Positions 60,386-64,000 of a stretch of DNA of 64,000 nucleotides are shown in pieces. The first letter of the stretch is position 1, and the number at the start of each line of letters is the position of its first letter. The notes below the pieces were generated by a model. That model saw only the letters and a program-made list of their open reading frames with translations. It was not told where the DNA came from and made no database searches. The stretch spans positions 92,936 through 156,935 of the forward strand of contig JBBRTB010000005.1 of the NCBI GenBank assembly GCA_038244815.1. The letters run 5' to 3'. The stretch comes from Thermoanaerobaculia bacterium. GTDB taxonomy: Bacteria > Acidobacteriota > Thermoanaerobaculia > Gp7-AA8. Position numbers and translations under genes: made by a program.

Positions 60386-60874
60386 GTGCCGTCCACCATC
60401 TTCGAAGGCGCCCACGTGGCGAACGATCTCCGTTTCGCCATCCTGGCAAGCCGCTTCAACGACGAGATCGTCGATGGCCTGCTGGCAGGTGCGGTCGATT
60501 GCCTGACCCGGCATGGGGCGGCCGAACAGCAGATCACCGTGTTCCGCGTCCCCGGCGCATTCGAGATCCCGGGCCTTGCCCGGATGCTCATCGGCCGCGG
60601 AGGCTTCGATGCCATCGTGACCCTCGGTTGCCTTCTCCGCGGTGAGACACCTCACTTCGATTTCATCTCCCAGCAGGTGACCATGGAGCTGTCCCGCGTG
60701 GCCGTCGACACCTGTTTTCCGCTTTCGTTCGGTGTGATCACGTGCAACACCCTGGAGCAGGCCATCGCGCGCTCGTCGAAGGGAAGCGGCAACAAGGGAT
60801 GGGAGGCGGCACTGGCGGCGATGGAGATGGCCAACCTGTGGCGTCAGATTCGCACTGAACTGCGCGAGGAATGA
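60386..60874 (+). CDS. ribH: 6,7-dimethyl-8-ribityllumazine synthase
   Basis: LRFAILASRFNDEIVDGLLAGA...VPGAFEIP...TLGCLLRGETPHFDFI signature. Confidence 0.9.
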   Translation: MPSTIFEGAHVANDLRFAILASRFNDEIVDGLLAGAVDCLTRHGAAEQQITVFRVPGAFEIPGLARMLIGRGGFDAIVTLGCLLRGETPHFDFISQQVTMELSRVAVDTCFPLSFGVITCNTLEQAIARSSKGSGNKGWEAALAAMEMANLWRQIRTELREE

Positions 60875-61290
60875 TGGGTGCCCGTCGAAAAGCGCGCGAG
60901 CTCGCGCTGCAGATGCTCTTTCAGCACGACATGTCCGGCAATGTCCCGGACATGATCATCGCCACGTTCGAGGAGTTGCAGAAGTCGAAATCGAACACGC
61001 GCGAGTTCGCCACGAAGATCTTCCGGGGAACCGTGGACCATCTCAACGAGATCGACGAGATGATCACGGTCCAGGCCGACAACTGGCGGCTCTCGCGAAT
61101 GGCCGTCGTCGACCGCAACATCATCCGCATGTGTGTCTACGAGTTTCTCCATGAAAACGACACGCCGAAGCTGGTGATCATCGACGAGGGCATCGAGATC
61201 GCCAAGAAGTACGGCACGCAGAAGTCGTCCCAGTTCATCAATGGCATCCTGGACGGCATTCTCAAAAGGTACAATTTGCAGACCACGTGA
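60871..61290 (+). CDS. nusB: transcription antitermination factor NusB
   Basis: ARELALQMLFQHDM...IDEGIEIAKKYG. Conserved ribH-nusB arrangement with ATGA overlap. Confidence 0.9.
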   Translation: MMGARRKARELALQMLFQHDMSGNVPDMIIATFEELQKSKSNTREFATKIFRGTVDHLNEIDEMITVQADNWRLSRMAVVDRNIIRMCVYEFLHENDTPKLVIIDEGIEIAKKYGTQKSSQFINGILDGILKRYNLQTT

Positions 61291-63023
61291 GTCTGCTTGG
61301 CCGCCTCGAGGATCTCTCTCTCACCGACATCGTTCAGATCGTCTTCCTCAGCCGTCGAACCGGCGTCCTGGAGATCATCGACAATGCCGGCCGCCACACC
61401 GTGCTCTTTCGCCACGGTCTGGTCGTCAACGCGTCCGCGCCCCAGCATCCCGACCTGGTGACGTTTCTCGAGAAACGCGGCGACATTCCGCCGGAGAGCG
61501 TCCCTGCCCTGCGGCAGATGGAAGACGAGGGCGTAGCCTGCGGGACGGCCGTTCTGGAAATGAACCTGATGCCGGCGGACAGTCTCGTCGATGCCATCCG
61601 CCTGCGCATCCTCGACGTCGTCTCCCCCTTGTTGCAGAGCCGGGACGGCGAGTTCAACTTCATCCTCAGCGAGTCCGTCAGCTCGGTGGACATGGAGTAC
61701 GAGCCGGACGTCGTGCTCAAAGACGGAGGGTTCTCGCCGCAGAAGATCATCGGCATGGCCGAGGGCGAAAAGATCAAGCCGTTACGCGGACTGGAAGAAT
61801 CCATGAAGGCCGGCAGGGCGCTGCGCCGTGGAAACACGACGCCGGGGACGATCCCGCTGCCCCAGGAACACCGGCCAACTGTCAGTCCGCCGCCCGGTTT
61901 CCCTCCTGAGAATCTCCTCCCCATGGGTCCGGGCGAGGGCCTGGCCATCGCCGAAGACGTCGCGCGGCCGTCCCGGCCGGCCGGCCTGTTCAAAGTCGCC
62001 GGCGGCCTCTTCGAAGTGGAGTCGCCGGAGGCGGCGTACCGGAATGTGGTTCTGTTCGAGCGCGATCCCATGGTCCGGGTGGCGGCGAAGCGCGCCTTCG
62101 GCAAGCGGGGCGTGAAGATCGTGCAGTTCGGGTCGCTCGATGACGTGCGCGCGGCCATGTCGGACCTTTTCCGATCGAGCAGTTTCTTCGTCACGTTCCT
62201 GGAGTTGACCTCGGATGATTCGGCGCTGCGGATCATGCAGCAGCTCAAGCGCCGCAATCCTCGTCTGCCGGTCGTGATGGTCGACCGGGAGGCGGACCTG
62301 CGCCGCCGCCATGACCTGCTGCGTGACGGTGCGGACCTCTATCTCACACGGCCCTCACAGGACCGCATGCAGCCGGAGATGGCCGAGGAGGAGCTGGCAC
62401 TGTTCGCCGACGAGCTCGTGCTGTTCGCCGAGCGGTCATTCGAGCAGTGGGAGCGGCTCACCGGCAGTTTCGGCGCCGACGCCGGCAAGAAGTTCTACGA
62501 AATGGCGGAGAAGGAAAGCGCTGATCGCGGGTTCATCCTGCTCAAGCAGCTCATCAACGAGCTCAGCGACCCGAACGACATCAATCAGGTCGGGGAGATG
62601 ATCCTCCGTCTGGCCGCTCAGTACCTCGACCGCGGCGCTCTGTTCGTCGCGGCCGGCGACTCATTCACCGGTCTTGGCGGCTTTGGTGTCAGTGGCGGCG
62701 GTGCCTCGATGGGCGACCGGATTCGTGAGCTGCGGATGGGGAGAGCGGAGCCCTCCATCCTGTCGGACGTGGCGGATAGCGGCCAGCCGCACCGTGGCAA
62801 GATCCGGCGGACAGAAGCGAATGTCCGCCTGATCGAGGGCATGGGAAACGTGCTGCCCTCCGAGGTGGTGGCCCTGCCGATCATGCACAACGGCCAGGGC
62901 ATTGGTATTCTGTACGGAGACAACGCGGAACACCGTGCTCCCATCGACAGTACATCCGGGCTGGAGATCTTCCTCTCGCAGGCCGGTTACGCATTCGGGA
63001 ACGCGGTCACGACGTGGCAGTGA
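61287..63023 (+). CDS. DUF4388 (PatA-N-like) domain protein with central receiver-like and C-terminal GAF-like regions
   Basis: N-terminal LSLTDIVQIVFLSRRTGVLEI (DUF4388 hallmark). Central region resembles a degenerate receiver domain. C-terminal GAF-like region (ALPIMHNGQGIGILYGDN). GTG start overlapping the nusB stop. Confidence 0.6.
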   Translation: MSLLGRLEDLSLTDIVQIVFLSRRTGVLEIIDNAGRHTVLFRHGLVVNASAPQHPDLVTFLEKRGDIPPESVPALRQMEDEGVACGTAVLEMNLMPADSLVDAIRLRILDVVSPLLQSRDGEFNFILSESVSSVDMEYEPDVVLKDGGFSPQKIIGMAEGEKIKPLRGLEESMKAGRALRRGNTTPGTIPLPQEHRPTVSPPPGFPPENLLPMGPGEGLAIAEDVARPSRPAGLFKVAGGLFEVESPEAAYRNVVLFERDPMVRVAAKRAFGKRGVKIVQFGSLDDVRAAMSDLFRSSSFFVTFLELTSDDSALRIMQQLKRRNPRLPVVMVDREADLRRRHDLLRDGADLYLTRPSQDRMQPEMAEEELALFADELVLFAERSFEQWERLTGSFGADAGKKFYEMAEKESADRGFILLKQLINELSDPNDINQVGEMILRLAAQYLDRGALFVAAGDSFTGLGGFGVSGGGASMGDRIRELRMGRAEPSILSDVADSGQPHRGKIRRTEANVRLIEGMGNVLPSEVVALPIMHNGQGIGILYGDNAEHRAPIDSTSGLEIFLSQAGYAFGNAVTTWQ

Positions 63024-63048
63024 GCGGGCGGGTGAGGCGGGAAGGGAC

Positions 63049-63426
63049 ATGAAAATTCTGGTTGTCGAAGACTCTTCCTCGATGCGCGCGTATCTCACCA
63101 CCATCATCGAGGGAGGGACCGAATCCTACGACCTCGAGATCGTGGAGGCCTCAACCGGTTTCGAGGCCCTGAAGAGTCTTCCCCACCACAAGTTCGACGC
63201 CATCCTGACCGACATCAACATGCCCGACATCAACGGGCTGGAGCTGGTCAGCTTTCTGAAGAACCATCCGCTCTACAGCTCCATCCCCATCATGGTGATC
63301 TCGACCGAGAGCACGTCCGCCGACCGGGAGCGGGCCTGCGCCCTCGGCGCCGAGGAGTACCTGGTCAAGCCCTTTCAATCGGGTGAGCTCGTCGACAAAC
63401 TGCGAAGGATCCTGCGGGTGGCATGA
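63049..63426 (+). CDS. cheY: CheY-like single-domain response regulator
   Basis: MKILVVEDSSSMR...DAILTDINMPDINGLEL...YLVKP receiver signature, 125 aa. Confidence 0.85.
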   Translation: MKILVVEDSSSMRAYLTTIIEGGTESYDLEIVEASTGFEALKSLPHHKFDAILTDINMPDINGLELVSFLKNHPLYSSIPIMVISTESTSADRERACALGAEEYLVKPFQSGELVDKLRRILRVA

Positions 63427-64000
63427 GCAAAGAGGACGATCGCGCCCGTGCCGAGTTCGCCGGCGAGGCCGAAGAGATCCTGGATGCGTTGTCGCGCGAT
63501 CTCGTCGACTTCGAAGCGCAGGGAGAGGCCGTCCGCCCGGAACTCGTCAACAAGATCTTTCGCGACGTACACACGCTCAAGGGTCTGGCCGGCATGCTCG
63601 GTTTCAGCGAGATCTCCGAGCTCTCGCACAACCTCGAGGAGATGCTGGACAAGCTGCGCATGGGCAAGATCGCCATCACCCGGGATCTCGTCGACCTGCT
63701 CTATGACGCCGTCGACAGCCTCAATCGTCTGGTGATCGCCATCAGCGACCCGTCGGTGGCGGCGCTCGTCGACATCATCAGGCTGACCAGCCGGATCCGG
63801 GAGACGGTTTCCGCGCAGCCGCAGCACAAGGACAGCAATCCCCTGGCCGCGCTCACACTCGACGATCAGACCCGGCGGTCGCTGACGGAATACGAGGAAC
63901 ACCGGCTGGTCGAGAACGTGCGGTCGGGCAGGCACATCCTGGCGCTCGAAGTGACCTTCGATTTCGCGGATTTCGACGAACGCCTGCGCGCCATCACGGC
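63423..64000 (+). CDS. cheA: chemotaxis histidine kinase CheA (N-terminal Hpt domain; 3'-truncated by window edge)
   Basis: Hpt motif (IFRDVHTLKGLAGMLGF). ATGA overlap with cheY. No stop before the window end. Confidence 0.75.
   Translation, partial: MSKEDDRARAEFAGEAEEILDALSRDLVDFEAQGEAVRPELVNKIFRDVHTLKGLAGMLGFSEISELSHNLEEMLDKLRMGKIAITRDLVDLLYDAVDSLNRLVIAISDPSVAALVDIIRLTSRIRETVSAQPQHKDSNPLAALTLDDQTRRSLTEYEEHRLVENVRSGRHILALEVTFDFADFDERLRAIT

Overview
High-GC (about 65%) bacterial chromosomal segment, tightly packed and probably Acidobacteria-like by gene content (inference only). About 60 supportable genes. The core, roughly 10.0 to 48.9 kb, is a large surface-polysaccharide (EPS/O-antigen-type) biosynthesis island. 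It contains nucleotide-sugar pathways: a dispersed wbpA/B/E/D/I-like set for UDP-2,3-diacetamido-2,3-dideoxy-mannuronic acid, gmd/fcl for GDP-fucose, rfbA, UDP-glucuronate 4-epimerase, and WbpM/CapD- and GalE-like enzymes. It also has three GT4 and one CgeB-like glycosyltransferases, Wzx-, Wzy- and O-antigen-ligase-like membrane proteins, an initiating sugar-phosphate transferase, two tandem AsnB-family amidotransferases bracketing a Trm112-fused methyltransferase, FkbM and GNAT enzymes, a 1100-aa FG-GAP/VCBS beta-propeller protein, and an EPS-type MarR regulator. Flanks carry housekeeping and signalling genes: FecR-like protein, MscS-cNMP channel, sigma54 activator, amidohydrolase, tyrS, RodZ-like protein, Wzz-like protein, J-domain protein, PP2C phosphatase, GAF/HD-GYP protein, gatCA, AmiC-like amidase, ribH-nusB, DUF4388-cheY-cheA. 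The most notable unannotated element is a SelW/Rdx-family selenoprotein gene (54889..55116) with an in-frame TGA in a CxxU motif, missed by stop-to-stop ORF calling. Other points: a 133-bp 96%-identical direct repeat flanking the wzz-like gene; a multiply frameshifted, truncated UDP-glucuronate 4-epimerase paralog lying inverted relative to an intact copy across a secreted metalloprotease/tail-fibre-like module; a family of 7-8-mer tandem repeats at five intergenic sites; recurrent TAnAAT -10 hexamers 5-10 nt upstream of start codons suggesting leaderless transcripts; and a perfect palindrome in front of the MarR-EPS regulator. No rRNA, tRNA, CRISPR or transposase was found.
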